Sequence record: MT446422.1
DNA: 64,000 nucleotides
Strand: one strand, 5' to 3'
Source: Escherichia virus TH57
The number at the start of each line of letters is the position of its first letter. Positions within the stretch are counted from its first letter, which is position 1. This document shows, piece by piece, positions 9,538 to 20,389 of this stretch. The position numbers and the translations under genes are program-made. The notes below the pieces were generated by a model, which saw only the letters and a program-made list of their open reading frames with translations, made no database searches and was not told the DNA's origin.

Positions 9538-10716
9538 ATGAGTACAGTTTTTAATACCACTCCGGTGGATGTTTTAGCCGAGCCTATGTTTTTTGGTTCA
9601 GGATTGGGGATTGCCCGTTATGATATCCAGCGTCATAAAGTTTTCGAAGAATTAACAGAAAAGCAATTATCATTCTTCTGGCGTCCAGAGGAAGTAAACC
9701 TGATGATGGACGGAGCCCAATTTAATAAGCTTCCTGAACATCAACAAAATATTTTTACCAACAACCTGAAATACCAATCACTTCTGGATAGTATCCAGGG
9801 TCGTGCTCCAGCTGCAGCATTAGCCGCATTAGTTTCTGACCCAAGTCTTGATACATGGATTCAGACCTGGACATTCAGCGAGACAATTCACTCTCGTTCT
9901 TATACGCACATAATGCGAAATCTTTATACGGACCCGGCGAAGGTATTCGACGAAATCCTGTTAGATGATGCAATCATGAAGCGCGCAGAATCCATCGGTC
10001 ATTACTATGATGATGTTCTGAATAAAACTCGTCAATGGCAAAACCAGATTGCTTTTGTTGAACTGGCCAAAGAAACTCCCGAAGCGGACGAACGTTTGGA
10101 ACGAGCTATCAAACAAGAATCTATCGCCAAACGAGCATTGATGAAGTCTCTTTATCTCTGCCTGCATGTCATTAATGCCCTGGAAGCCATTCGTTTTTAT
10201 GTATCTTTTGCTTGTACTTTCAACTTCCATAAGAACATGGAAATCATGGAAGGCAATGCGAAGATAATGAAGTTCATCGCCCGTGATGAACAGCTCCACC
10301 TTAAGGGGACTCAATATATTCTTCGTCAGTTGCAGACTGGTACCGACGGTGACGAATGGGTTAAAATCGCACATGAATGTGAAGCAGAAGCCGCAGCCAT
10401 TTTCATGGAAGTTAATCGCCAGGAAAAAGAATGGGCCGTGCATCTGTTTAAAGATGGTGGACTTCCTGGGTTGAGCGTCGAGATTCTTAACCGGTTCATC
10501 GATTACCTGACGGTTTCTCGTATGAAGCAATGCGGTCTCCCGTGTGAAATCGTGTTAGAATCTACTAAGCACCCGATTCCATGGATTCGCGAATATCTTA
10601 ACTCTGATAATGTGCAATCAGCACCGCAAGAAGTTGAGTTGTCTGCTTACCTGGTAGCCCAGATTGACAATGACGTCGATGAGAACGTTCTTGCTGGTTT
10701 CCGTAAATATCTATAA
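9538..10716 (+). CDS. nrdB: ribonucleoside-diphosphate reductase, beta (small) subunit (uninterrupted, no intron)
   Basis: 392 aa; R2-type sequence with di-iron ligands (ETIHSRSY, ALEAIRFYVSFA, RDEQLH); continuous ORF. Confidence 0.95.
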   Translation: MSTVFNTTPVDVLAEPMFFGSGLGIARYDIQRHKVFEELTEKQLSFFWRPEEVNLMMDGAQFNKLPEHQQNIFTNNLKYQSLLDSIQGRAPAAALAALVSDPSLDTWIQTWTFSETIHSRSYTHIMRNLYTDPAKVFDEILLDDAIMKRAESIGHYYDDVLNKTRQWQNQIAFVELAKETPEADERLERAIKQESIAKRALMKSLYLCLHVINALEAIRFYVSFACTFNFHKNMEIMEGNAKIMKFIARDEQLHLKGTQYILRQLQTGTDGDEWVKIAHECEAEAAAIFMEVNRQEKEWAVHLFKDGGLPGLSVEILNRFIDYLTVSRMKQCGLPCEIVLESTKHPIPWIREYLNSDNVQSAPQEVELSAYLVAQIDNDVDENVLAGFRKYL

Positions 10717-10721
10717 GGAAA

Positions 10722-10738
10722 GGGCTTCGGCCCTTTTT
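10722..10738 (+). terminator. Rho-independent terminator after nrdB
   Basis: GGGCTTCGGCCC hairpin followed by TTTTT. Confidence 0.6.
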
Positions 10739-10742
10739 GTCT

Positions 10743-11153
10743 ATGAAACAAATCGCTGACGAATACAGTTTTATAAAATACGCGGAGTTGGAGTTAGTCG
10801 ATGGTAAAATCCCTATCCTTACTCTCGCAAACAAGAAAAATGTTATCTATGCTATTTCAGTTGATGATGAACTAGTGTATATTGGTAAGACGAACAACCT
10901 TAAGAAGCGTATCAACTATTACCGGACTGCAATTAACCGAATCGAACAGACGAGTGATTCAAACAAATCCCGGATGATACATGAAGCTTTACAAGAAGGC
11001 AAAAAGGTGGTATTCTATGCACGACAATGTTTCAATCTGTCAATGACCAATGAGCTTGGCACGATGTCAGTCGAAACTATGTCTCTGGAAGAGCCGATGT
11101 TCATCAAGCTTTTTAATCCCCCGTGGAATTACCAACATAAGGTGAAGAAATGA
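10743..11153 (+). CDS. denA: endonuclease II (GIY-YIG family)
   Basis: 136 aa from ATG at 10743 (MKQIADEY); GIY-YIG-like VIYAISVDDELVYIGKTNNLKKRINYY; FYARQCFNLSMTNELGT and KLFNPPWN match T4 DenA; position after nrdB as in T4. Confidence 0.8.
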   Translation: MKQIADEYSFIKYAELELVDGKIPILTLANKKNVIYAISVDDELVYIGKTNNLKKRINYYRTAINRIEQTSDSNKSRMIHEALQEGKKVVFYARQCFNLSMTNELGTMSVETMSLEEPMFIKLFNPPWNYQHKVKK

Positions 11154-12286
11154 TTGAATTATATGACAACTTAATGAAGCTGTGCGCCGAATCTGAAAAA
11201 GGTAAGTTTTTCTATACTGATTTCGTTTCTCCATTTGAAACTAAGTTCCGCATCTTTAGCTATAACTATGCTTCCTATAGTGATTGGCTACTGGATGATG
11301 CACTTGAATGTCGCGGCATTATGTTTGAAATGGATGACAATGGCCCAGTTCGCATTGCGGCCCGTCCTATGGAAAAATTCTTTAATCTGGGTGAGAACCC
11401 AATGACCATGGACCTTAACCTTGATGAAGTTGTCCTGGTTACTGCAAAAGCTGATGGTAGTTTGGTTTCCACTTATATGGACCAGACCAATATCGCCTTT
11501 AAATCCAAAGGGTCAATCAAAAGCTCACAAGCTGCAGAAGCTCTGCAGGTGTTTAAACAACCTCATCGTGAAGCGTTCAGGGCGCGTGTGACTGAAATCA
11601 CTGAAGCTGGATATACTTGCAATATGGAATATGTTGCACCAACCAATCGCATTGTTCTTCCTTATCAGGAACGTGACCTGATTTTGCTGAACGTTCGTCA
11701 TAATGAAACTGGTGAATATATTCCTTATCCTGAATTGTTCAAAGATGCTGCGCTCCGTCCTTTCCTGGTTGAAGCATATGACCCGGCGAGCATTGAGAAT
11801 GTTCGTGGTATGAAAGAGATTGAAGGCTTCGTCTATGAGCTGGCGAGTGGTCAGAAGTTCAAGATGAAAACAGAATGGTATTGTGCTCTACATCATACCA
11901 AAGACTCCATTAATAATAATGAGCGACTGTTTGAGGTTGTTGTTGCTGGCGGGGCTGATGATGTTATTGCCATGTTTACTGGCGATGATTACGCTCGTGA
12001 AAAAGTTAATGCCTTTACCATTGTACATCTGGATTATCTGTCCAACACTCTTGGACTGTTGCTTGATGCACAAAAACAGTTAGCAGGAAAAGACCGTCGC
12101 GAGTTTGCGATTAAAGGTCAAGAGTTGTGTAAACCATACCCGGGATTGTTCTCCGTATTAATGAACACCTATCAACGCCCACAGGAAACTGAACAAACGA
12201 TTGCTCAAATCAATAAAGTTTTCCTTAAAAATCATAAACTTTACATTCCGTTGGACTACCAGGCGGAAGTAATCCTTCCTGAATAA
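11150..12286 (+). CDS. rnlA: RNA ligase 1
   Basis: 378 aa; FRIFSYNYASYSDWLLDDALECRGIMFEMDDNGPVRIAARPMEKFFNL and lysine nucleotidyl-transferase motif TAKADGSLVSTY match T4 Rnl1 (gene 63). Confidence 0.9.
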   Translation: MIELYDNLMKLCAESEKGKFFYTDFVSPFETKFRIFSYNYASYSDWLLDDALECRGIMFEMDDNGPVRIAARPMEKFFNLGENPMTMDLNLDEVVLVTAKADGSLVSTYMDQTNIAFKSKGSIKSSQAAEALQVFKQPHREAFRARVTEITEAGYTCNMEYVAPTNRIVLPYQERDLILLNVRHNETGEYIPYPELFKDAALRPFLVEAYDPASIENVRGMKEIEGFVYELASGQKFKMKTEWYCALHHTKDSINNNERLFEVVVAGGADDVIAMFTGDDYAREKVNAFTIVHLDYLSNTLGLLLDAQKQLAGKDRREFAIKGQELCKPYPGLFSVLMNTYQRPQETEQTIAQINKVFLKNHKLYIPLDYQAEVILPE

Positions 12287-12296
12287 TAAAAAGGGG

Positions 12297-12325
12297 TGTA
12301 CAAGCCCCTCCTTTCTATACATAAT
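12297..12325 (+). promoter_or_regulatory. T4-type early promoter
   Basis: TGTACA, 17 nt, CATAAT; the first ATG of the downstream track ORF lies inside the -10, so the CDS start was moved to 12357. Confidence 0.5.
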
Positions 12326-12356
12326 GGTTCCATCAACTACTGATGAGGACCAAAAC

Positions 12357-12590
12357 ATGTTAAACTTAATTACAAATGACAGAGTTACACAGGCATATGG
12401 TGACAGAAATGATGGAATCTATGTCTACAAGGGAGACCGCCGGATTGGTTTCATTACTGACCTGAAGGCCAAATTGTTAAAAGAATTGAAAGCCCAAACA
12501 AGTGATTCTGGGTTTAGAGCAAGAGCCAAAAAGAAAGATGAGCGCCTGGGTGCCAACTCTTTTGGTCCTAGAGGTTACAACCGCTACTAA
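12357..12590 (+). CDS. hypothetical protein, stand-alone paralog of the N-terminal domain of the following alc-like gene
   Basis: 77 aa from Met 12 (SD GAGGA); YGDRNDGIYVYKGDRRIGFITDLKAKL parallels YGDRHDGIYVYKGTKKIGLMTDLRKKL in 12604..13107. Confidence 0.4.
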   Translation: MLNLITNDRVTQAYGDRNDGIYVYKGDRRIGFITDLKAKLLKELKAQTSDSGFRARAKKKDERLGANSFGPRGYNRY

Positions 12591-12603
12591 TGAGGAAAAT
12601 ATT

Positions 12604-13107
12604 ATGGATATGCAACTGATTTCAAACGAAATGATTGTCAATGAATATGGTGACCGCCATGACGGAATTTATGTCTATAAAGGGACCAAGAAAATTGGTC
12701 TCATGACTGACCTGCGGAAAAAACTCGCCTCCAATAAAAAGTTGAAGGCGAAACAAAAAGAATATCGTGATAAAAAATCAGAAGAGCGGAAAGAAGCACT
12801 GCATGAATCTGTTCCTGAAATGGTTGACTTCTTAAAGAACCATTTGGTTAAATATGATGCAGAAGTGTTCATTAACCAGACCCAACCTAATGTACATATC
12901 AATGGATGTGTTTGTTATGTTGTGGTTGAACCCCTGACACTTCAACACCGCCTGGGGATTAAACACCCAGTGTTAACCCAGGATGATATGGCGGATGAAG
13001 TTGGTAATCAGTTCCGCATTTCAGCGTCTGACAGTACAAATCACATCCTCCTGAATGGTTTATCCCAGGATGATATTGTTGAGGTAATCATCAAGTTATG
13101 CAAATAA
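12604..13107 (+). CDS. alc: putative Alc (host-transcription inhibitor) homolog
   Basis: 167 aa, same length as T4 Alc by memory, and sits between rnlA and pseT as in T4; assignment by synteny and size only. Confidence 0.4.
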   Translation: MDMQLISNEMIVNEYGDRHDGIYVYKGTKKIGLMTDLRKKLASNKKLKAKQKEYRDKKSEERKEALHESVPEMVDFLKNHLVKYDAEVFINQTQPNVHINGCVCYVVVEPLTLQHRLGIKHPVLTQDDMADEVGNQFRISASDSTNHILLNGLSQDDIVEVIIKLCK

Positions 13108-13451
13108 GTAATCTCACCGCAGGGCTTATGCTAGCCCTGGTAGTAACTGCTGGTAGTGGTTTCTATCTAAAAGCAAAAGTAGATAATCTCAAGACAGCGG
13201 TGGCGGAAGTCACCAAAGTTGCAGAAGATAATGCGAAAAATCTGCAATCAGTAAAAGACCAGATTAATCAAATTAATCTCCTTGACCAGGAGCGTCAGGA
13301 ATATGTTGAACTTCTGCAGAAGGAAAATGATAAACTCCGTGCGGATGCAAAACGTACTAAGGTTGTGGCAGCGAAGCCTAAATTAGTTGAAAAACAGATT
13401 AATCAGTCCTTTGATAAGTTTGCCCAGGACTTCCAGGAGCTCACCAAATGA
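13098..13451 (+). CDS. i-spanin (Rz-like inner-membrane spanin, pseT.3-like)
   Basis: 117 aa; N-terminal transmembrane helix LTAGLMLALVVTAGSGFYL followed by a charged coiled-coil domain; start overlaps upstream stop. Confidence 0.6.
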   Translation: MQISNLTAGLMLALVVTAGSGFYLKAKVDNLKTAVAEVTKVAEDNAKNLQSVKDQINQINLLDQERQEYVELLQKENDKLRADAKRTKVVAAKPKLVEKQINQSFDKFAQDFQELTK

Positions 13452-13738
13452 TGAAATCTATCATGGCAGTATGTTTGGCTATTGGGCTCGTTTCATGTGC
13501 CCAGAAGCCCGTTGTGGAGCCCACAATCCAAGTTCATCCTAATTGGCCTGTTGCATTGGCTGATTACAAGCAGCAATGGGAAGTGAGGGTAATTGATGGC
13601 CAGGCCTGGGTTGGTATGCCTTTTGAAGCATCGCAAGAATTTAGAATCTGGCTGAACGATGTAAAAAGGTATGTACATGACCAAAAAGGTATGTTATGTT
13701 ATTATCGTTCTGAACTAAAAGAGGAGCGTTGCAAATGA
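13448..13738 (+). CDS. o-spanin (Rz1-like outer-membrane lipoprotein, pseT.2-like)
   Basis: 96 aa; signal peptide with lipobox LVSC; ATGATGA overlap with the i-spanin gene. Confidence 0.6.
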   Translation: MMKSIMAVCLAIGLVSCAQKPVVEPTIQVHPNWPVALADYKQQWEVRVIDGQAWVGMPFEASQEFRIWLNDVKRYVHDQKGMLCYYRSELKEERCK

Positions 13739-13843
13739 TTGAGGCGTGTACTGACGGATGGGATATCTTTCGATTTGGTGCTGCATGTTTTTGTTTTGGA
13801 ATCGTGTTTAGCATGTGCATGCATGGTATTTTTGGAAAGTAGT

Positions 13844-13871
13844 GTACAAACTCATGGGAGCAGAGTATAAT
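13844..13871 (+). promoter_or_regulatory. T4-type early promoter
   Basis: TGTACA, 16 nt, TATAAT. Confidence 0.5.
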
Positions 13872-13905
13872 GCTCCTACGGATTATAAAATTTGAGGAAA
13901 TGACT

Positions 13906-14384
13906 ATGACTTTACGTGATAACAGTTTTGTGGCTAAGCCTGAATACATTTCAAGTATTAAATCTCCTGTATTACAAAAGCTCTTAAAATTAGGGTCCTG
14001 CGCAAGTACACCGATTGAAAAGAAAGCCACTTTCAATTATACTTGGACTAATATAAATGGCATTGATGTAATAAAACAGGTAACTTTTTATGCTCCGGGT
14101 GCTATTGAGCCTTCGCAGATTATTAATCTTGAGGAATACCAATATGTTCCACTTCAATATTGGTATCGTATGATGCTCCCTGTGTGGGAATACCCTGAAT
14201 TCATTGAAGAGTACAATGAAAAAGAACGTATTCGCGAGCTAGTAAAAAGTTTTGAATATGCAGCTAAACGCCATGGTCAAATGCAAGCTGCCGCTACACT
14301 TGGTGATGTTTCTGAAAGCGCAGCTTATGAAACTGGTAAAATCCTTAAAACTTGTCGCGAAGAACTTTATAAGGAGCTTGGTGT

Positions 14385-14388
<4 letters not shown>
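13906..14388 (+). CDS. hypothetical protein
   Basis: Track ORF 13870..14388; first ATG lies in the promoter -10; start placed at Met 13 after SD GAGGAAA. Confidence 0.45.
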
Positions 14389-16249
<1,861 letters not shown>

Positions 16250-16275
16250 TGTATGTCCTCTTTGGTGATATACTA

Positions 16276-16283
16276 TATTTATA
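16276..16283 (-). promoter_or_regulatory. T4 late promoter (TATAAATA) for the HNH gene
   Basis: Minus-strand TATAAATA ~25 nt upstream of the HNH ATG, followed by SD AAAGAGGA. Confidence 0.5.
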
Positions 16284-16310
16284 CTCAAGTAGTGGAGATG
16301 TGGAAAACCT

Positions 16311-16508
16311 ATGAATAATATCGAAAAGATTTTTCGTACAATCGAAGAGATTGAAAAACGTTACGAATACTTTTTCAGTGTATGGCCTTTAACTGACGGA
16401 CGTATTGGCCTAGATGTAATGGACTACAAAGATGAAGACAAGGTCGATGGCGGTATTTTTAAATCCGCGCCGGAACTCCTTGCCTTCTTGGAAGAACATT
16501 ATGTATAA
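16311..16508 (+). CDS. hypothetical protein
   Basis: 65-aa ORF. Confidence 0.35.
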   Translation: MNNIEKIFRTIEEIEKRYEYFFSVWPLTDGRIGLDVMDYKDEDKVDGGIFKSAPELLAFLEEHYV

Positions 16509-16716
16509 CAAACATCATGAAATTGAAGAAGAAGCTTATAAAGAGCTTCAGAAACTGGTAGGGCAAAATATGTCTCCTGCTCTTATCAACAACCTGGCTG
16601 CACTGCGTAATGACATCAACGAACGGTACAAGGGCGAATATTATGTTGAATTCGTTCCGCTGACTGAAGTCATTGACCGATTTATCGTTAATGTCAGGGT
16701 GCATACCGTCCATTAA
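16501..16716 (+). CDS. hypothetical protein
   Basis: Track ORF 16432..16716; ATG at 16501 overlaps the stop of the upstream ORF. Confidence 0.35.
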   Translation: MYNKHHEIEEEAYKELQKLVGQNMSPALINNLAALRNDINERYKGEYYVEFVPLTEVIDRFIVNVRVHTVH

Positions 16717-16741
16717 CGCTTTAAAAATTTTATGGTATAAT
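16717..16741 (+). promoter_or_regulatory. MotA-box-like middle promoter
   Basis: CGCTTTA, 12 nt, TATAAT, then GGGGTCTAGGTCC resembling the conserved GGTTCTAGACCC element. Confidence 0.45.
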
Positions 16742-16788
16742 GGGGTCTAGGTCCTTTGGATAATCCCAATAACTAAGCGAGAAAAGAA

Positions 16789-17067
16789 ATGTTTCCTACA
16801 TATTCTGAAATTGTTAAAGTAGTTTTTAGTCAGATTTTATCTGATTATCTATACGAAAGCGTCGACGTGTCGACTGAACTAAAAGTACACGGTCGTTTGT
16901 CTGCTATTCTGGAAATCATGTTCCCGGATGCAGTTGATGCAATCACTGTCCAACTCACGTCTGGTGCAGCATTCGCAATTGTTCCGTTTAAAATTGATGG
17001 AGCCACTTTGACCGTTTCGTGCAAGGTTGACTTCCAAAATCAAACTGCAATTGCAGAAGCAATTTAA
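16789..17067 (+). CDS. hypothetical protein
   Basis: 92-aa ORF downstream of the middle promoter. Confidence 0.4.
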   Translation: MFPTYSEIVKVVFSQILSDYLYESVDVSTELKVHGRLSAILEIMFPDAVDAITVQLTSGAAFAIVPFKIDGATLTVSCKVDFQNQTAIAEAI

Positions 17068-17069
17068 GT

Positions 17070-17098
17070 GTTTACTTTCACCACGGATGGTGTATAAT
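17070..17098 (+). promoter_or_regulatory. T4-type early promoter
   Basis: GTTTAC, 17 nt, TATAAT. Confidence 0.5.
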
Positions 17099-17127
17099 GA
17101 ATTTCATCGACACATGAGGAAAACAAA

Positions 17128-17670
17128 ATGAGTAATTTCTTTGAAGAAGGCAAGTTTTACAAATTTGTATCTGAAAATGCCAAAAAACAATTTATTGCCG
17201 GAGGCTGGGCAGCTAATTACCAAATTGCTGGATACATCGGTATGACTCCGTTTGAAGTTAAGATTTTACCTGATAATGTTAGCGGCGGTAAAAAAGTTTG
17301 TGAGATTCGTTTGATTGATGAAAATGATTTTGTGGATTTGGCAAAAATATCTGGCACACAGAACAGGCATCATGGAGCAATATTTGTTTCCAATGGTCCT
17401 TTGTCAGATGAATTTGAATATTTCATCCAGGTAGAAGTTGGTGTTAAGCCAGAAGTTGAGCCTGTACCAGCGAAACTTGCATCAGTTTGGAAATTGCTTG
17501 TGGTTAAAAATGGCAAGATTGAGATTAACTCTCGTCATACGTCAAAAGAATACGCGGAAGGCGAAGCCGAGCGTTTGTTAAACCGCGGTACTGCAGAAGA
17601 TTGTTATATTATCAAAGGTGATATCACAAAAGCTTCTATCGTTAAACAAGTAAAACAGGAGACAATCTGA
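17128..17670 (+). CDS. hypothetical protein (N-terminus paralogous to 2716..3084)
   Basis: 180 aa; N-terminal EEGKFYKFVSENAKKQFIAGG matches the GKFY...AKKQFIAG motif of 2716..3084; SD GAGGAAAA. Confidence 0.45.
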   Translation: MSNFFEEGKFYKFVSENAKKQFIAGGWAANYQIAGYIGMTPFEVKILPDNVSGGKKVCEIRLIDENDFVDLAKISGTQNRHHGAIFVSNGPLSDEFEYFIQVEVGVKPEVEPVPAKLASVWKLLVVKNGKIEINSRHTSKEYAEGEAERLLNRGTAEDCYIIKGDITKASIVKQVKQETI

Positions 17671-17903
17671 TGCTTAGCGAAACCCCAATTACTGTTGAAG
17701 AGTTCCACGAAAAAGTGAAGTCATTTGCTCAAGAGATGATTAACCGAGTATCGCAGCGATTCCCTGATGCGACTCTGAAAGTTATTCAGGAATCTGCACG
17801 CAGTTTTATGATTGTCATTAATCCAAAAAATGGTGACCAGTTTACCCAACTGAAATTGGGTTCTGATGGTCTGGTTGAAGCGCAGCGAGTGTACATTCAA
17901 TGA
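17670..17903 (+). CDS. hypothetical protein
   Basis: 77-aa ORF, ATGA-type coupling to upstream gene. Confidence 0.4.
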   Translation: MLSETPITVEEFHEKVKSFAQEMINRVSQRFPDATLKVIQESARSFMIVINPKNGDQFTQLKLGSDGLVEAQRVYIQ

Positions 17904-18235
17904 TGAATTTAATGGATATTTTCCAGGAAGCACTTAAAAATGATTTGGGTGACCATCGTAAGTTGGACCCAGAAACAACTGCATTTATCAAAGTAACGCT
18001 TGCGAATGATGCTCTGTTTAAAAGTATTCACCCAAGTAATTATGATGCGGTTGTTATTACAGAAGCTCCTGTAGAAATTGGTGAGCGAATGTTTGGGGTG
18101 ATTTTTGATGATAAGAAAAAACGCTTCAAAGATGGTGATAGTATAATTACAACACATGTTAAGAGCATTACTAAATTGCGACATGAATTATATCGTGTTG
18201 AAACTATTAAAACCAATTATCTCGTGGTGATGTAA
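17900..18235 (+). CDS. hypothetical protein
   Basis: 111-aa ORF with coupled start/stop. Confidence 0.4.
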   Translation: MMNLMDIFQEALKNDLGDHRKLDPETTAFIKVTLANDALFKSIHPSNYDAVVITEAPVEIGERMFGVIFDDKKKRFKDGDSIITTHVKSITKLRHELYRVETIKTNYLVVM

Positions 18236-18817
18236 ATGAAACCAACTACTGTTCTGCAAATAGCATACCTTGTATCTCAAGAATCAAAATGTTGCTCCTG
18301 GAAAGTGGGAGCTGTTATTGAAAAGAATGGTCGCATTATTTCTACAGGGTATAATGGTTCCCCTGCAGGTGGGGTTAACTGTTGCGAGCATGCAGAGGAG
18401 CAAGGTTGGTTACTGAATAAACCTAAACCTGTTCTCGTCCCTGGTCATAAGCCAGAATGTGTGAGATTCAGTAAGGTTGACCGTTTTGTATTGGCGAAAG
18501 CTCATCGTGAAGAACATTCTGCATGGTCAAAGAACAACGAAATCCATGCTGAGCTTAATGCGATTCTGTTCGCAGCAAGGATGGGTTCGTCAATTGAAGG
18601 CGCTACTATGTATGTGACGCTTTCTCCTTGCCCTGACTGTGCAAAGGCAATTTCTCAATCAGGAATCAAGAAATTGGTTTACTGTGAAACGTATGATAAG
18701 AATATTCCTGGTTGGGATGATATCCTGAAGAATGCAGGAATTGAGGTGTTCAATGTGCCTAAGCGTAGTCTAGACAAATTGAACTGGGAAAACATTAACG
18801 AATTTTGTGGTGAATAA
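18236..18817 (+). CDS. cd: dCMP deaminase
   Basis: 193 aa; zinc-binding deaminase motifs HAELNA and SPCPDCA; same length as T4 Cd. Confidence 0.9.
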   Translation: MKPTTVLQIAYLVSQESKCCSWKVGAVIEKNGRIISTGYNGSPAGGVNCCEHAEEQGWLLNKPKPVLVPGHKPECVRFSKVDRFVLAKAHREEHSAWSKNNEIHAELNAILFAARMGSSIEGATMYVTLSPCPDCAKAISQSGIKKLVYCETYDKNIPGWDDILKNAGIEVFNVPKRSLDKLNWENINEFCGE

Positions 18818-19050
18818 TGAAATTTCGTCTAGTTAAGTTTTCAGGTCTGAACTCAAAAGGTGAAAACCTGGTAGCCTATTCAGTAGAATATAAAAAGTAC
18901 TTTTTCTCTCGTTGGAAATCGTACTATAAATCCGAGTGGGTTCGCCCCGAAATGAACTATAAAACGGTGCCTATTCTTGAAAATTGTCATAGCCTATTAA
19001 GAGCTCTAAAAGAGCGTAATGCAACAACCATTAAAACTGTTTTGGAATAA
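18817..19050 (+). CDS. hypothetical protein
   Basis: 77-aa ORF coupled to cd. Confidence 0.4.
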   Translation: MKFRLVKFSGLNSKGENLVAYSVEYKKYFFSRWKSYYKSEWVRPEMNYKTVPILENCHSLLRALKERNATTIKTVLE

Positions 19051-19052
19051 TT

Positions 19053-19352
19053 ATGATTTTAACTGAACAAGAAACAATTCGTCTCCGTGAAAAAGTCAAG
19101 ACTATTTTGTCTGTTGGTTTTCACGAAGTTCTGTTTGAAAAAGCAGATGGTAGCATCCGTCGTATGACTTGCACTCGCGACCTGGACCTGCTGCCGTATA
19201 AAGAAACCCAGGCCCCTGGTCCAGAAGCTCATAAAGAACCAGTTAGCTATATCCGGGTATTTGATACCAAGCTTAATGAATGGCGTTCATTCTGTTTCAA
19301 TAAATTGATTTCCGTGAATGGACTGCAGACCGAGACTCTGCTTGTCCTTTAA
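19053..19352 (+). CDS. hypothetical protein
   Basis: 99-aa ORF. Confidence 0.4.
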   Translation: MILTEQETIRLREKVKTILSVGFHEVLFEKADGSIRRMTCTRDLDLLPYKETQAPGPEAHKEPVSYIRVFDTKLNEWRSFCFNKLISVNGLQTETLLVL

Positions 19353-19377
19353 TGCTTCAAACGGTGCGTGTTATTAT
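19353..19377 (+). promoter_or_regulatory. T4-type middle promoter for gene 31 (MotA box TGCTTCA)
   Basis: AATGCTTCA, 12 nt, TATTAT immediately upstream of gene 31. Confidence 0.5.
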
Positions 19378-19383
19378 TAATAC

Positions 19384-19731
19384 ATGACCAAACAACATGG
19401 ATTAAATATGGAATTACCAATTAAAGCAGTAGGTGAATATATTATTTTGGTTTCTGAGCCAAAGCAAGCTGGCGATGAAGAAACTACGGCATCAGGTATC
19501 GTTATCGGAAAACTCCATCAGGGTGAAATCCCAGAGATGTGTGAAGTATTTTCGATTGGCCCAGATGTTCCTGAAGGTTTCTGTGAAGTAGGTGATTTGA
19601 CTCCTCTTCCGGTTGGCAAGATTGCAAACGTTCCACATCCTCTGGTTGCTCTGGGACTTAAGCAGGCTAAAGAAGTTAAGCAGAAATTTGTGACCTGTCA
19701 TTATAAAGCTGTTCCTTGTCTTTATAAGTAA
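19384..19731 (+). CDS. 31: co-chaperonin gp31 (GroES analogue)
   Basis: [67 protein letters not shown] match T4 gp31. Confidence 0.9.
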   Translation: MTKQHGLNMELPIKAVGEYIILVSEPKQAGDEETTASGIVIGKLHQGEIPEMCEVFSIGPDVPEGFCEVGDLTPLPVGKIANVPHPLVALGLKQAKEVKQKFVTCHYKAVPCLYK

Positions 19732-19740
19732 AATTAGCGT

Positions 19741-19748
19741 TATAAATA
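19741..19748 (+). promoter_or_regulatory. T4 late promoter (TATAAATA)
   Basis: Plus-strand TATAAATA; the first ATG of the track ORF at 19754 is too close to be translated from it, supporting the downstream start. Confidence 0.4.
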
Positions 19749-19888
19749 ATAATATGGATTGGCTGCCGGACCAGTTAGTTACCCGGAGAATCCTAAACGG
19801 TGGACTACAACTGAGAGACTTGCCGAAAGGAAGTGAAATTCAGAAGAACGTGTCCACCAAATATTCACCTCATATTGAGGCTTCTAAA

Positions 19889-20143
19889 ATGTCTTTAAAC
19901 AAACAATTACAACACGCTCTTGAACTGCAACGCACTGCATGGAATAACGGTCACGAAAACTACGGCGCATCTATTGATGTTGAAGCCGAAGCACTGGAAA
20001 TTCTGCAGTATTTCAAACATCTTAACCCGGTACAAACCGACCTTCGCGCTGTACTCGAAGCTAAAGATGAATTGAAATATGCTAAGCCGCTGGCATCTGC
20101 TGCGCGTAAAGCTGTTCGACATTTTGTCGTTACTCTGAAGTAA
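19889..20143 (+). CDS. rIII: putative rIII lysis-inhibition accessory protein
   Basis: 84 aa from Met 46 of track ORF 19754..20143; size and position next to gene 31 fit T4 rIII; synteny and size only. Confidence 0.4.
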   Translation: MSLNKQLQHALELQRTAWNNGHENYGASIDVEAEALEILQYFKHLNPVQTDLRAVLEAKDELKYAKPLASAARKAVRHFVVTLK

Positions 20144-20389
20144 GTTTTAGGTGATTCGCTACCTTAAGTGCGGCTAGAAAATCGAGGAGCCGTCGAACTG
20201 TCTGATTAATGATTTGCGAATCATTATAGTTTTAAGACCCCGGCAGTTTTATGGTGTACCTCTTGAATGTGAATGATGACGGGTTTATGGTTATCCTGGT
20301 CGTTAAATATCCAAAAACCTATGTTCCCTTCGAGGGCTTGCGCAGGCAATGTCAATAAGTCCTGCATTCTATTTTAAAGAGAATTTAAT

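Noticed and set aside
12502-12603. Longer 5' extension of the alc-like ORF (track start 12502)
   Set aside because: The extension overlaps the upstream paralog and lacks an SD; the ATG at 12604 has a strong GAGGAAA SD.
13870-13905. Upstream starts of the 13870..14388 track ORF and of 12324..12590
   Set aside because: In both cases the first ATG lies inside the early promoter -10 hexamer, so it would not be in the transcript; starts were moved downstream.
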